From: the human T2T-CHM13v2.0 reference genome, Homo sapiens
DNA: 64,000 nucleotides
Direction: 5' to 3' (one strand)
Assembly: GCF_009914755.1 (NCBI RefSeq)
Contig: NC_060935.1
In this document: one piece after another, positions 1 to 15,867 of the stretch
How the letters are laid out: each line of letters starts with the position of its first letter
How positions within the stretch are numbered: position 1 is the stretch's first letter
Translations under genes and position numbers: made by a program
Notes under the pieces: generated by a model
The model's input: the letters and a program-made list of their open reading frames with translations, nothing else
Told to the model about the DNA's origin: nothing
The model's database searches: none

Positions 1-101
1 AACCCCATGATACAAACACTTCCCACTGGGCCCCACTTGTAGCATTGAGGATTGCAATTCAACATGACATTTCATTGGGGACAAATATACAGACTATATC
101 A
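1..101 (+). mobile_element. 3' end of MaLR LTR (MST-like)
   Basis: cacttcccactgggccccac...attcaacatgacattt...ggggacaaatatacagactatatca matches the MST/THE1 LTR terminus ending in CA. Confidence 0.75.
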
Positions 102-1710
102 TTGGTCTATTTAGATATTTTTTATTTCTTCATGATTCAGTCTTGGTAGGTTGTATGTGTCTAATAATTTATCCATTTCTTTTAGGTTATATAATTTGTT
201 GGCATATAATTATTCATAGTTTTTTTTATTATACTTTAAGTTCTAGGGTACATGTGCACAATGTGCAGGTTTGTTACATATGTATACATGTGCCATGTTG
301 GTGTGCTGCACCCATTAACTCGTCATTTACATTAGGTGTTTCTCCTAATGCTATCCATCCCCCCTCCCCCCACCCCACGACAAGCCCTGGTGTGTGATGT
401 TCTCCACCCTGTGTCCAAGTGTTCTCATTGTTCAATTCTCACCTATGAGTGAGAACATGCAGTGTTTAGTTTTCTGTCCTTGTGATAGCTTGCTCAGAGG
501 GATGGTTTCCAGCTTCATCCATGTCCCTACAAAGGACATGAACTCATCTTTTTTATGGCTGCATAGTATTCCATGGCGTGTATGTGCCACATTTTCTTAA
601 TCCAGGCTATCATTGATGGACATTTGGGTTGGTTCCAAGTCTTTGCTATTGTGAATAGTGCCACAATAAACATACGTGTGCATGTGTCTTTATAGTAGCA
701 TGATTTATAATCCTTTGAGTATATACCCATATGGGATTGCTGGGTCAAATGGTATTTCTAGTTCTAGATCCTTGAGGAATCACCACACTATCTTCCACAA
801 TGGTTGAACTAGTTTACAGTCCCACCAACAGTGTAAAAGTGTTCCTATTTCTCCACATCCTCTCCAGCACCTGTTGTTTCCTGAGTTTTGAATGATGGCC
901 ATTCTAACTGGTGTGAGATGGTATCTCATTGTGGTTCTGATTTGCATTTCTCTGATGGCCAGTAATGATGAACATTTTTTCATGTGTCTTTTGGCTGCAA
1001 AAATGTCTTCTTTTGAGAAGTGTCTGTTCATATCCTTTGCCCACTTGTTGATGGGGTTGTTTGATTTTTTCTTGTAAATTTGTTTAAGTTCTTTGTAGAT
1101 TTTGGATGTTAGCCCTTTGTCAGATGGGTAGATTGCAAAAATTTTCTCCCATTTTGTAGGTTGCCTGTTCACTATGATGATAGTTTCTTTTGCCATGCAG
1201 AAGCTCTTTAGTTTAATTAGATCCCATTTATTAATTTTGGCTTTTGTTGCCATTGCTTTTGGTGTTTTAGACATGAAGTCCTTGCCCATGCCTATGTCCT
1301 GAATGGTATTGCCTAGGTTTTCTTCTAGGGTTTTTATAGTTTTAGGTCTAACATTTAAGTCTTTAATCCAATGTCTCTTTCATTTTTCATTTTATTTTTC
1401 TTCTCTCTTAGACTAGCTAAGGGTTTGTCAATTTTATTTAAAAAAACTCTCAGTTTTGTTGATTTTTTTATAGTGTTTTTCTAGTCTCTATTTATTTCTG
1501 CTTTGATCTTTGTTATCTCCTTCATTTGTTTACTTTGGGCTTAGTTTGTCTTTTTCTAGTTCCTTAAGGTGTAACATTAGATTTGTTATTTGAAATCTTC
1601 GTTTCTTTTTTGACCTAGGCATTTAGTGCTATAAATTTCCCCTTTAGAACTACTTTTGCTGCATCCCATAAATTTTGGTTTGTTGTGCTTCCATTTTTGT
1701 TTGTCTAAGG
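102..1710 (-). mobile_element. Old L1 (L1M-type) ORF2 fragment interrupted by a younger L1PA at 220-1370
   Basis: 102-219 and 1371-1710 are collinear with antisense L1 ORF2 (compare in-window L1 at 61130-61650). Confidence 0.75.
220..1370 (-). mobile_element. 5'-truncated L1PA5/6-like LINE-1 (3' UTR plus ORF2 C-terminus)
   Basis: Short T tail, L1PA 3' UTR (ttatactttaagttctagggtacatgtgcac), ORFs 780..1289 and 527..748 translate to ORF2p C-terminal cysteine-rich region. Confidence 0.93.
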
Positions 1711-1729
1711 CATATGAATTCTGATTTCT

Positions 1730-2657
1730 GTGTAAAGACTTGTATACAAATATTCTTAGAGCCTTTGGTTGTTTGCCAAAAACTAGAAGTAATCAAAAGT
1801 TCATTAATAGGTGATTCGATAAGCATATTGTGCTATGTCCAAACAGTGGTATACGTCTCATGTATAAAAGGGAAAGAGCTTTGACACACTGAACAATATG
1901 GAAGAATGTCAAAATCATTATGAGTGAAAGAAGCTAAGAAAAAAAGGATAATGTAATCTATAGTAATAGAAAGCAGGTATGTGGTGGGAGAGTAGGGAGT
2001 GAAGGGATTGGGTGAGAGAGAGTACAAAGGAACACAAGGAAACTTTGGAGGTGATAGATGTGTTAACTATTTTTGTCGTGATGATCATTTTAGAGTGTGT
2101 ACATATGGAAAAACTTTTCAAAATATGCTCTTTAAATTTTTGGTGTTTATTGTAAAGTTGTCCCCCTTTATCTGCCGCTAAATACGTGTTCAAAGACCTC
2201 CAGTAGATGCCTGAAACCTAGACACATGATGTTTTTCCTATATATGCATGATATTTTTCCTATATATGCATATCCTAATGAAGTTTAATTTATAAATTTG
2301 GCACAGTAAAAGATTAACAACAATAGCTACAATAAAATAGAACAATTATAATAATACACTGTAATAAAAGTTATGTGAATGTGGTATCTCTGTGTCTCTG
2401 AGAATTCCTTGGTGTACTGTGCTCACCTTCCTCTTCTTGTAGTGTTGTGAGATACTAAATTGCCAGCATGAGGAGATGAAGTGAGGTTGATGATGTAGGC
2501 ATTGTGACATAGCAGTTAAAACTTATGAGCTGTTTATTTGTGGAATCTTCTATTAAGTATTTTTGGATCACAATTTATTGCTGGTAACTAAAACCATGGA
2601 AAACAAAACCATGGATAAAGGGGGACTATTATATGTCAGTTTTATCTTAATAAACTT
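1730..2657 (+). mobile_element. Ancient L1ME/L1MC-type 3' end, split by MER44
   Basis: aagacttgtatacaaatattc...gagtgaaagaagc...ends in ttatcttaataaac; degenerate. Confidence 0.6.
2155..2630. mobile_element. MER44 (Tigger7-derived) DNA transposon
   Basis: Terminal inverted repeats agttgtccccctttatc ... ggataaagggggacta; internal aagacctccagtagatgcctgaaacc; carries a 22-bp tandem duplication at ~2225-2270. Confidence 0.75.
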
Positions 2658-3209
2658 AAATTATGTTTGCAGCATCAAAAACCCTTCAATCATCCTGGAG
2701 TTTTACGTGTTCCTGCAGTATGTTAAAGTAAATCAGCTTTTGCTAACATACTTTTGAAATAATTTAAAAGCACCAACTCTTTTTTTTTTTGCCACTGTTA
2801 TTGTACTGTATGTCAGTGTATTGGTGGATTTTAAATTTTTCTTTATGTGTTAATTAGATAGAGAAGTAAGCCATATATGAATAAATGTTATTGACTGGCA
2901 AACAAGTTATCTTCCTCTTAATGGAATGGATAACAGAATGACTTCCTCTGGGTTCTTCCTTCTCTACTGCCTGGCTTTTTTATGTTACTCTAGATTTTTG
3001 GTTGAGAGAACTTGGTTGAAATGTCCATCCCTAAAGCAATCATTTATGACCTGAGTGGCAGTGTACCCACTGTAGAGGTATAGCTGGTTGTGGCAGTGTC
3101 GAAATTCCTCAAGGAGAGGGCAGTTCTCCGTGGTATTATTTTTGGTCTGTATACCACTTATGCAAAAGGATATAGATAGTTTTCCAACTCAAATTACCAA
3201 AAAACACAG

Positions 3210-3505
3210 TAAAGTGGTTAAGAACACTAGCTCTAGAGTTAGATGGATTTAAATTTGAATCCTGGAAGGCCGGGCATGGCGGCTTGCATCTGTAGACCTA
3301 GCTACTTGGGAGGCTGAAGCAGGACAATTGCTTGAGCCCGAGAGTTTGAGGTTATAGTGAGCCATGCTTGCACTCCAGCCTGGGCACAGAGTGAGAACTT
3401 GTCTTTGAATTAAAAAAAAAAAAAAATTGAATCCTGGTTTACCGTTTAATAGCTTTGTGACTATAACTGCAAATCTAAATTTTCTCATCTGTCAAATGGA
3501 ATAAT
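3210..3505 (+). mobile_element. MIR interrupted by an Alu monomer
   Basis: gtggttaagaacactagctctagagttaga ... ttttctcatctgtcaaatggaataa MIR core. Confidence 0.65.
3268..3425 (+). mobile_element. Fossil Alu monomer (FRAM/FAM)
   Basis: Single right-arm-type monomer with A tail; TSD-like ttgaatcctgg on both sides. Confidence 0.85.
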
Positions 3506-3709
3506 TCATAGATCATTTTTTGGTGATTATTACAAAGACTAAGTCAATATGACCCAAGAGGGAAAAGAAGCTATTAAACCTAGCATTTCTACACAGTAAT
3601 AATGGATTATTCCACTAGGTAAGAGATGAGTAATTTAAAGAAATGTTTTTTTCGTAACATTCTTTGATAAAGAAACATAGAACTCTATTTTTGACTGCTT
3701 TTTAAAGGA

Positions 3710-3740
3710 ATGTGTGTGTGTATGTGTGTGTGTGTGTGTG
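3710..3740. repeat. (TG)n microsatellite
   Basis: Direct reading. Confidence 0.95.
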
Positions 3741-4317
3741 AGATGAATAAATGAATAATTCAGGGTCAATAAAAAATTGCATACTTTTAAAAATTGCAGG
3801 CATTATATAAAGGAGGAAGTAATATTTAGGTTACTAGCATTGCGCAGTCATATTCATAATATGTGATTAGTTTCCCAGAATACTTGCCTGGAGCTGACAT
3901 GAAAGTAAGTTCTGGGACTTAGCCCTGCCATAGATGCCTTATGTACTTCAACCTAGATGTTTCATTTTCTAGTTCTGCATTCTTTCACTAACTGTAGACA
4001 AAATAAGTCATTGTTGAAGTCTTAAAATGTAGTTTCCTAAACATAGCTATAGAGTATATGTAGAAGCTTAGGACTCCTTAGCAAAGAAGGACGAAGAAAT
4101 GCTTAGTTATTTTTCTCCCATCTCTACTTTCCTTAATTAATCCTAGGAGTTTTTGTTGATGGCCTATTTTTTTGGTCGTGAATTTAAAGGGATTTTTTTA
4201 TTTCACATCTTTTAGTTATTTAATATATGGGTTTTCTGTATTTTTATTTATTGTTCTCTGAAATAAGCTCTTCCATGTCTGAGATTTTGTCTTCTATGTC
4301 TATCTTTGAAATTTCCT

Positions 4318-4670
<353 letters not shown>

Positions 4671-6559
4671 TCAGTGAATTATACCCACGTAGAAATATAG
4701 CTTGTGTTTGTTTATTGCTTTGAAACATGCTCCCATACATTTTTCCATTTAACCTGTCAAAAGCACCCTGTTAAATAGGCATGACTGGTTTTATTGTCCC
4801 ATTTATAGATGAGCAAAACTGAATATAAAAGGATATATGACTTCTCTAAACTCAGAGTAATAATATATAAATTAATATTGAAAACTCAGGATTTGATCCT
4901 GGGTTTAGTGCTTTTACTCTGCTATTGTAGCCTATCTAAATGTTATTGATTGATGACCTTCTAGAGCTTGAGGCTTTTTAAATAGTGATACCAGGAAACA
5001 AACCTTATATGTGGCAATAGTTGCAATATAGAGCATGATTGTTTTATTTATGGTTTTTTAATTAATGTTGAATCTAAAGGGCTGGATATAATAGCAATGC
5101 TTATAAAAATTTAGCACTACTATGACAGCCTTAGGCAGCCTCAGCATGGATATTGACTCAGTACACGTCTGTGTTAAATCATTTTATGTGACTTTGGTCT
5201 AGAAGGTAAGCATTACTTGTACTTTTAGGAATTAAATTATTCAAGTGTATTGTACTTTTAAAACCAAAGGAAAAATAACTTATTTAATTTATATTCATTC
5301 AGTTAACTACTTAAGCCCTAAAAAATCGCTCACTGTTTTACTGTGTTCTGTTAGCTCTCTGGTCATCAACCGTATTTCACAGAGTTTTTATCATTTGTAT
5401 GTGTTTCTTTTATTGTGATATCCATGGCTATGGTTTATTATAATATTTAGTAATTTTCAAAAACAGAAGCGAAGAACTGTGTCTTTCCTTGCATGATATT
5501 TATTGAACTCATTCTTCTTGTGAGATACAGTTTAATTGCAAGGTTAAATATCATCTTTACAATCTTGTATGTAAAATTATTATAATACTAAAATGTAAAT
5601 GTAAGTGGTAAAAACACATTTACAAATTTAAGAGTTTAAGTACTTTAGTTTTAAAACAATACATTATATGTTAAATTTTTTGGAAGAAAATCGTGTAGGG
5701 CTGATGCCTAGCATGATACAGGTACTTATCATTTGTTAAATTATATGGCTGAATGGCATATGATAAGGGTTTTTTTTTCTTCCAATAATGAATTACATCA
5801 TTTAGTAGTACCTCTCAGCAGATTTTCATGAAAATAACATAAGTTTAACACTGAATTGTACTGCTTATCAGAAATGATTAATTGAGGAATTATGCCTAGA
5901 TGTATCCTATAATGCATAGATTCTGGAATTTTTTGCACTTTGGCGTGCAGAAAATTGGTAATTGGTTCAATAAAGTGAGCTGTACAATGAAGAAATTTAA
6001 GAGATTATAAATGGCTTAAATGTATAGGAAAAAGTATCTTATTTAGAATATGTCTCTAAGGCATGCCCTTTGTATCTCCAATAGTGATTAGCAAATAGAA
6101 GATGAAAAGTCATGGCCCAACTTATAAATGCCATTTGATGAAAGATAGTTCACATTGTAATTTCCATTTTTACTAAAAAGCTGCAGGAGTCAGGCAAGAA
6201 TTACTTTTCTTGATACTTGATCTTGTGTTTGTGAGGAAGTATTTAAAGAAAAATAGAGAAAGGAAGAAAAATTGAAAAGGAAAGAAAAACCTTTTCTCTA
6301 AAATGCACCTTGACAATGTAGGCCTGAATCTTTCAGCTCTGGCTTGTATTATTTTAACTCTACAATTATTTTCATTGTTAGATGATTGATGAGTTTAATA
6401 ATTTAATAAAGATATTTTAAAGATTTAACTCTTTTATAAAACCAAACACTTGTAACAAGATTTAGTTTATTGTGTTGGTTAATTTTAAGTTGGCTTTCTG
6501 TTCTTGTAAATGTGGCAGCAACCTGGTAAACATGAAGAGACAAAAAGAGAAAGCATGGA

Positions 6560-6910
6560 AGAGTGGAAAGAAAACTGATTCTATAACAGACCTAAATTTT
6601 GGTATCAGTTTTCACACTAATTAGTGTCCATTTGACTCCTAGGCCCCTGATTTACTAGTCTGGGAAAGCTGAGATCTTTTCAGTACTATTTCAGGACTTT
6701 GTTTGGTCACTAAGAAAGATTTTCCAGACACTGTCTCTTACTGGTTGTATAATGATCTTGGTGAAACAATTTTACTGTTATGCCTCCATTTTCTCAGCTG
6801 TGAGATATAGGGATCATCACAATATGATCCCTATATATTGTGTATGTTGTGAAAAATAATACATATAAAAGACGTACTAGTGCATAGGAAGATCTCAATC
6901 AGTGTTTGCT
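6560..6910 (+). mobile_element. Degenerate MIR fragments
   Basis: tgcctccattttctcagctgtga and related MIR core motifs. Confidence 0.45.
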
Positions 6911-6964
6911 TTTATTATTGCTATTGTCATTGTTGTTGTCACTATGATTATGATCATGTCTGTG

Positions 6965-7300
6965 AAGCACCTTCACAATTCTGAAGGAAAATGATTTGGA
7001 TCTAGAATTCTATGTCCAACCAAACTGTGAATCAGAATCAAGTGAAGGCAAAATATAGACATTTTCAGCCATTTGAGGACTGAGAGTTTACCTCTCATCT
7101 AGTCTCTCTTGAAAGAAAATTGAGAATGTACTCCAGCAAAATAAAAAGGAACCCAAGCAAGAGAAAAATAACAGATCCTAGAAACAGTGAAACCAACTCA
7201 AGAATGCAACACAAAGAAATTTCAAGATAACAGCTATTCAGCACATCTTGCAAGGCATTCATCCAAGTTTAAATAGGAATTCAGAGGTTTCAAAAAAAGT
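6965..7300 (+). mobile_element. Ancient L1ME/HAL1 ORF1-like fragment
   Basis: ttctgaaggaaaatgattt..ctagaattctatgtccaaccaaactg resembles the L1 ORF1 3' region. Confidence 0.5.
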
Positions 7301-9579
7301 GTAGATATCATTTGGAAACATCTGACTAAAGAAGTGAAAAACTCAGTGATGTACTAAAATTGTGTTTTTTCCAACAATGAGAAAAGAAAAACAATTACAA
7401 GCTCCGTAAAAAACAACAAGCTGTATAGGAAAGTGATAGTCCAAATATGAAACAGTAGAATATGATTTTGAACAACCGATGGAGAATTGACCTTGACATT
7501 TGGAACATACTTGTAGAGCAGTACAGTTTTAGTTCCTGTCATTACATTGATGTTCAATTATATGAATCCCATCACATTTATTGATTCTGAGCTTTATATA
7601 TTTAGTATTTTAAACATGTATTCATTTTTAACTTTTGAGCTGCATATGTTGGAAAAATGGACTACATTATAACAGTTAAGCTGCTTTTGTGTGTGTTACC
7701 AAACCATTGTAAACAAGGTGGGCAAAAGAACACAGTATTGGCACTGCCTGAGAACTGAGGGGCATAGCTGTACAGGACTTGGAAATAACTGTACACACTA
7801 GTCAACCGAGGATGCAGTACTTGTAATAGCATGCTTCTTTTTATAACAAAGGGCTTTGACAGACAAGTTAGTCTTGCAAATAGCTAGGAAAACAGAAGCC
7901 TAGAATAGATGGCTGACCATATTCCATTATATTCATGCATAGTTACCATTATTGATCATCTTTAAACCTAAATGAAAGCAATATATACAAAGACTTTTGG
8001 AGGAATGTTGAATGTTGAGCTATGTAAGAGAAGCTCTAGTCAAAGATGGGGGCTGATTAAGCATTTAATAGTATAATGTATAGTGTAGATTTAAAATTAT
8101 ATCAAAGAAATTTGTTTAATTTTATTTAAGAAATTTGTGTAGGCCAAACCTTAAGAAACATCTCTCTGCTATCCATTATTTTGTTAAAAAACTATGTCAT
8201 AATGCTCAAGTCCTATAGCATATTATTAACATCTCTTTAATAATTAAACCAAAATTCTAGGTCATTTTAGTTTATAAGCATTTTGTCTCTGCATTGGAAA
8301 TGACTGTAGCAAATTTAATCTTAAAATATCTCTATCCTTACGTTTCAAGTAGAACATTTTAAAAAAGTAAAATAAAGTGATTTTATTTGGCATCAGAGCT
8401 ATGGTTTCCCCCTACCCCACCTAATGCCAGTCCCTCTTTAAGTAAATACTTTTGTAATTACTTTGCCTTTGACTTCTGCAACTGAACTATATTTACATTT
8501 AATTTACAGCCTTTGAGGTATATAAATTGTGCAATTTAATGGTTTAATTGGCATAGACTTTTCTATTAGTTTTTACATCTAGTTGATTTTAGACAGCTAA
8601 ATTTAGAAGTATTTACTCTTGATTAAAATATTCATGATTCACCTTTTTAGAGAGTATTTGTATGAGAAATTACTTATAACATCAACATTTTTCTTTTTAA
8701 ATGAAAAGTCAGTTTTATACACATAGCATTTTGGGTTTAATGTCACAAAGAGAAAAACAGTAAATCCTGTGATACTTAAATTCATTATTGGGCTGATCAT
8801 GTTTGAATCTCAATCCAAGAAGATCCTAGGGAAACTTGTAGCATAGTCTTAGAAATTTATTAAACATTAAATTGATTTATATACTATTTAGTTTATTTAA
8901 CCTATCAGTGAAATAAATTAAAAATATTAATCTATTTTTAAGAATATAGATTAATGGTAAATTTTAGTTACATTACCAAATCTTAGGATTAAAAAATAGA
9001 TTTATAGAATTACTTTTCATTTGTAACTCTTGAAGAAAATCAATTAACATTCATTCTGTTACTGTTTTATAGTTTCCATTCCAGTTTGGCCAATGAGATG
9101 TGTAAACATGAGAATACCTATTTATTATGTGCCATAAGTACATATATTGTCATAGTTTAAAATGTAAAATTCCACATTTTCTAGATCTGGAATTGACAAT
9201 TTATCTGAATAATTGTTAGCCTTTATAAACATAGTTTTACTGTGCCTAAAATAAGAAAGCGATGATATTGAAAGCCTGTGCTTTCCAACATATGGCTTCA
9301 ATTTGCATTTCAATCAGAATATGGAAGTCATTACTCTGACATCTGAAACTGAGGTAGCAATAAAAAATTATCACTAACAGGACAGCAGACACAATTTATT
9401 TTGTGTTTATTACTGGGTGGCCCACTTGAAACTTTTCAGAAACTTAATTGATTCCAGATATTGGAAAATTATAATTAAATTATGACATTTATTTTAGATG
9501 CATTTAAATTAGCTGTCTTAATAGGATTGGTATAAATTGATGATTAATATCTATTAAGATTTATAGTATATATGTACAA

Positions 9580-9612
9580 ACACACACACACACATACACA
9601 CACACACACACA
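9580..9612. repeat. (CA)n microsatellite
   Basis: Direct reading. Confidence 0.95.
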
Positions 9613-9779
9613 TACATATAGTATAGGCATACCTCAAAGATATCATGGGTTTGGATCTAGACCACTGCAATAAAGTGAATACTGTAATAAAATGATTCAC
9701 ATGAATTATTTTTTGCTTTTCCAGTGCATATAAAAATGATGTTTACATTATATTGTAGTTTTATGTGCAAAGCATTATG

Positions 9780-10074
<295 letters not shown>

Positions 10075-11393
10075 CAAAGCATTATGTTTAAAACAAAGTA
10101 CACACATTAATTAAAAAAAACTTATAGCTACAAGTTGATAATGATATCAGGAATGATCAGGAAGTCATAATCTTTGGAAGGCCTTGCCCCAGTGTTGATG
10201 ATTGCTAGTTAAGGTGGTAGTTGCTGAAGGTTGGCATGACTGTGCCAATTTTTTAATATAAGACAACAATGAAATTTGCCATATTGATTGACTCTTTCTT
10301 TCATGAAAGATCTCTCTGAAGCATGCAGTGCTGTTTGATAGCATTTCATCCACAGTACAATTTCTTTTAAAATTGGAGTCAATTCTCTCAAGCACTGCTG
10401 CTGCTTTCTCAATTAAGTTTATGTAATATTCTAAATTCTTTGTTGTCATTTCAATAATGTCCACAGCATAATCACCAGGAGTAAATTTCATTTCAAGAAA
10501 CCTCTTTTTTTGCTCATTCATAAGAAAAAAACAGAACTCCTGATCTGTTCAAGATTTATCATGAGATTGGAGGCATTCAGTCACATCTTCCAGCTTCACT
10601 TCTAATTCTAGTTCTGTTGCTCTTTCAACCACATTTGCATTTACTTCCTTCACTGGTCTTGAACCCCTCTACGTCATCTATGAGGGTGAGAATCAGTGTC
10701 TTCCAAACTCCTGTTAATGTTGATATTTAGACCACCTCCCATGAATCACAAATGTCCTTAATGGCATGTAGAATGGTGAGTTCTTTCCAGAAGGTTTACA
10801 ATTTGCTTTGCCCCAATCCATCAGAGGAATCATTCTCTCATCAATCACTCATAAAGCAACTATAGCTTTATGAAATAGTTGTAAGTAATAAGATTTGCAA
10901 GTTCAAACTACTCCTTGATCCATGGGCTGCAGAATGGATATTGTATTAGCAGGCATGAGAACAACATTAATCTTGTACATCCAACCTCTTGGGTGACCTG
11001 GTGTGTTGTCAATGAGTAGTAATATTTTGAAAGGAATTTTTTTTTTTCTGAGTAGCAGGTCTCAGCAGTGGGCTTAAAATATTCAGTAAACCATGCTATA
11101 AACACGTGTGCTTTGTTGTTTCATTTATGGAACATGGGCAGAGTAGATTTAGGTAATTCTTAAGGGCCTTAGTATTGTCAGAATGGTAAATGGTCATTGG
11201 CTTAAACTTAAAGTCACCAGTTGTATGGAAAGTCAGTCTGTTCTCTAAAGGTTTGAAGCCAGGCATTGAGTTCTTTTCTCTAGCTGCGAAAGTCATAGAT
11301 GATATCTTCTTCCAATGTAAGGCTCCTTTGTCTAAAATCTGTTGTTTAGTATAGCCACCTTCATCAACAATCTTGGCTAGATCTTCTGGATAA

Positions 11394-11697
<304 letters not shown>

Positions 11698-12376
11698 CTT
11701 CCTGTAGCTTCTATGTTAGCACTTGCTGCTTCACCTTGCATTTTTATGTTATGGAGATAGCTTCTTCCCTTAAATCTCATGAACCCACCTCTGCTAGCTT
11801 CACACTTCTGCAATTTCCTCACCTTTCTCAGCCTTCATAGAATTGAAGAGAGTTAGGGCCTTGCTCTGGATTAGGTTTTGGTGAAGGGAATGTTGTGGTT
11901 GGTTTAATCTTCTATTCAGACCACTAAAACTTTCTCTGTGTCAGCAATAAGGCTGTTTTGCTTTCTTGTCATTCGTGTATTCACTGTTATAGCACTTTTA
12001 ATTTCCTTTGAGAACTTTCCTTTGCATTTACAACTTGGCTCACTGGAACAAGAAGCCTAGCTCTGGCCTATCTTGGCTTTCAACATGCTTTCCTCACTAA
12101 GCTTAATTATTTCTAGTTTTTGATTTAAAGTGAAAGACATACATCTCTTCTTTTCACTTGAACACTTAGAATTGCAAGGTTATTAATTGGCCTAATTTCA
12201 ATATTGTTGTGTCTCAGGGAATAGGGAGACCTGAGGAGAGTGAGTGAGATGGGGGAACAGTCAGTTGGTGGAGCAGTCAAAACACACACAACATTTATCT
12301 ATTAAGTTTGCTGTCTTATATGGTTTGCAGTTCGTGGCACCCCAAAGCAATTGCAATGGTAACATGAATGATAATA

Positions 12377-12675
<299 letters not shown>

Positions 12676-13067
12676 CATTAAAGATCACTGATCACATAAC
12701 AGATATGCTAATAATGAGAAAGTTTGAAATGTTAGGAGAATTACCAAAATGTGATTCAGAGACAAAGTGAGCACATGCTCTTGGAAAAATATCTTGGATA
12801 GACTTGCTCCATGCAGCGTTGCCGCAAACCTTTACTTTGTAAAAAAAAAAAAAACAGTATCTGTGAAGTGCAATAAAATAAGATTGCCTGCATACGCATA
12901 TGCAGTCATTGTATGTATGTAGTCATTTGCATGACAAAGGACTGAAAATATTCATTTGAAAATGCTGAATGAATTAATAATTATAGTTAATATTTGAAAT
13001 GGGGAACATTGGTGGGAAAAGGGTTTCATGTTATATAAATGAACTTATTAGTCTGTTTTTTCGTCTT

Positions 13068-13366
13068 CTTTTTTTTTTTTTTTTTTTTTTTTGAGACAGT
13101 CTCACTTTGTCATCCAGGCTGGGGTGCAGTGGTGCAATCACAGCTCACTGTAACCTTGATCTCCTGGGCTCAAGCCATCCTCCTGAGTAGCTGGGACCAC
13201 AGGCATGCACCACTATGACCAGCTAATTTTTTAATTTTTAATTTTTGTAGAGATGGCATCTCACTGTGTTGCCTAGGGTGGTCTTGAACTCCTGGACTTA
13301 AGTGATTCTCTCACTTTGGCCTCTCAAAACTCTGGGATTTAACAGTCATGAACCACTGTTCTGGAC
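13068..13366 (-). mobile_element. AluJ
   Basis: acagctcactgtaaccttgatctcctgggctcaag AluJ diagnostics; long T tail. Confidence 0.88.
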
Positions 13367-13426
13367 TACTTTTTAGTCGTATCATGGGGATATATTACTT
13401 GTATAATAAAATATAGCATGAGATGA

Positions 13427-13709
<283 letters not shown>

Positions 13710-13999
13710 ATGGGAATTTCATTAATTTCTAAATTTTGTTTGAACTAAAATATTAATTATAATCGTTTAAAGCACTTCAGTGTATTGTGAAAGCTAATTT
13801 CTAAGAGTGAAAATACATGATCTAGAACTTTGTTATCTTGAATTAAATTTTCAAGATAATGTTAATTCATTTACCCAGCAAATTTTGACTCTTCATATGT
13901 TTTGTACATTGAATTAAGTGTTGGGGAAACAATGATGAATTGAGAAGCTCAAGGTTTAGTGAGATGTAGGTACCATTCAATATGTACATTACTGTATGA

Positions 14000-14515
14000 T
14001 ATGGTAAATATTGTTTCAGCAAAGTGGAAGAAGGGGCAGAACAACTGCCAGAAATTGTAGGGAAAGATTTTCTGTGGAGTCTGCATTCTTGAAGGATGAG
14101 CAAGAATTTTCTGGATAGGTAAACAAAGCAAAGAGAATTCTCACCTGAGGGAGCGTTGTGTGCACAGGGAGTCCTGAGTTGATGGGGCATATTTATTCAT
14201 CCTTTCTTTGTTCATTTATTTATTCTTTATTCAACTAATATTTATTGTACACCTATGTACCAGTTTGGGTGCTGTGGATAGCATAGTGAACCTGACAGAC
14301 ATAATCCTGTCATAAATTCAGTATAATGTAGAAGAATAAATAATTAAAATTATGATGAGTATTGCAAAAGAGTAAGCATGGGGTGTTACAGGTGTATGTA
14401 ACAATGTTAAATATAGGAGAAGCTTCTGGAATATTGAGGAGTGGTATGAGATGGGACTGGAAGGAGGGATTTGGTCCAATTTTGAAAGGTATTATATACT
14501 GAGCACAGGAGTTTA
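14000..14515 (+). mobile_element. Degenerate L2 fragments
   Basis: ttcatttatt..caactaatatttattgtacacctatgtaccag L2 terminal motif; ttgaaggatgagcaagaatttt (orientation as read, uncertain). Confidence 0.5.
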
Positions 14516-14605
14516 AATAACATTTTAGTAATTTTTAAAAAATTAGCTACAGAAGTTCCACAGGAGATTAAACTTTCTACTTTAGGACAATCATTTTGAA
14601 TGTAC

Positions 14606-14910
14606 TTTTTTTTTTTTTTTTTTTTTTTTGAGATGGAGTCTTACCCTATTGCCAAGGCTGGAGTGCAGTGATGCAATCTTGGCTCACTGCAACCTCCACC
14701 TCCTGGGTTCAAGTGATTTCCTGCCTCAGCCTCCTGAGTAGCAGGGACTACAGGTACACGCCACCAAGCCTGACTAATTTTTGTATTTTTAGTAGAGACG
14801 GGGATTCACCATGTTGGCCAGGGTGGTCTCGAACTCCTGACCTCAGGTGATGCGCTCGCCTAAGCCTCCCAATGTGCTGGGATTATAGGCGTAAGCCACT
14901 GCGCCTGGCC
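14606..14910 (-). mobile_element. AluSx-like
   Basis: Full dimer; TSD tgaatgt. Confidence 0.92.
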
Positions 14911-15364
14911 TGAATGTCATCTTAAGGGTAGATCATAGTAGGACTAGATTTGATAACTTGGCCAGTTAGGTTCTTATGGTGTTCAATTAGTAAAACATTT
15001 TAATTGCTTAGACTTGGCACATCAACAGCAAAGAGAAGATTGGAGGGTGTCAATCTACATCTGAATTTTAAATCATTTTTTTCAATTCCATTTTGTACTA
15101 TTTTCAGGAGATCTCTGCTAGATATTTTCTGCCTACATTATACATATTAAAGCAAATTAATAGTTTTATTCCACATTCTTCCATTATATCCAGCTTCCCC
15201 ATAACAATGACTGCTGTCATCTAAGTTATTTCACAAAGACAACAGACTATTCTTGACTGGCAGGTTTATGTTTTGCTAGGTTTTTTTTTTTTTTTTTTGT
15301 CAAATCCTGATTTATTTTAAAACTTTAATTTTAAAACTTTAAATTTGTCATCATAAAATCATAA

Positions 15365-15727
<363 letters not shown>

Positions 15728-15867
15728 AGATCATTTAGTTTTTAAATCTATCCGGCTATTACTTGGTCAGATCTCATCAGTACTATGCAGTACTCATCAG
15801 TACTCAGTACTGCACCTGAACCCTCTCTCAGGTGTTAATTCCTCCCTTAAACATTAATGCTGAAGTC

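Noticed and set aside
3050-3160. Faint resemblance to a U4-like snRNA start and an Sm-like attttt site
   Set aside because: Similarity does not extend; cannot support an RNA gene or pseudogene
8926-8955. 10-bp inverted repeat attaatctat/atagattaat
   Set aside because: Expected by chance in very AT-rich DNA
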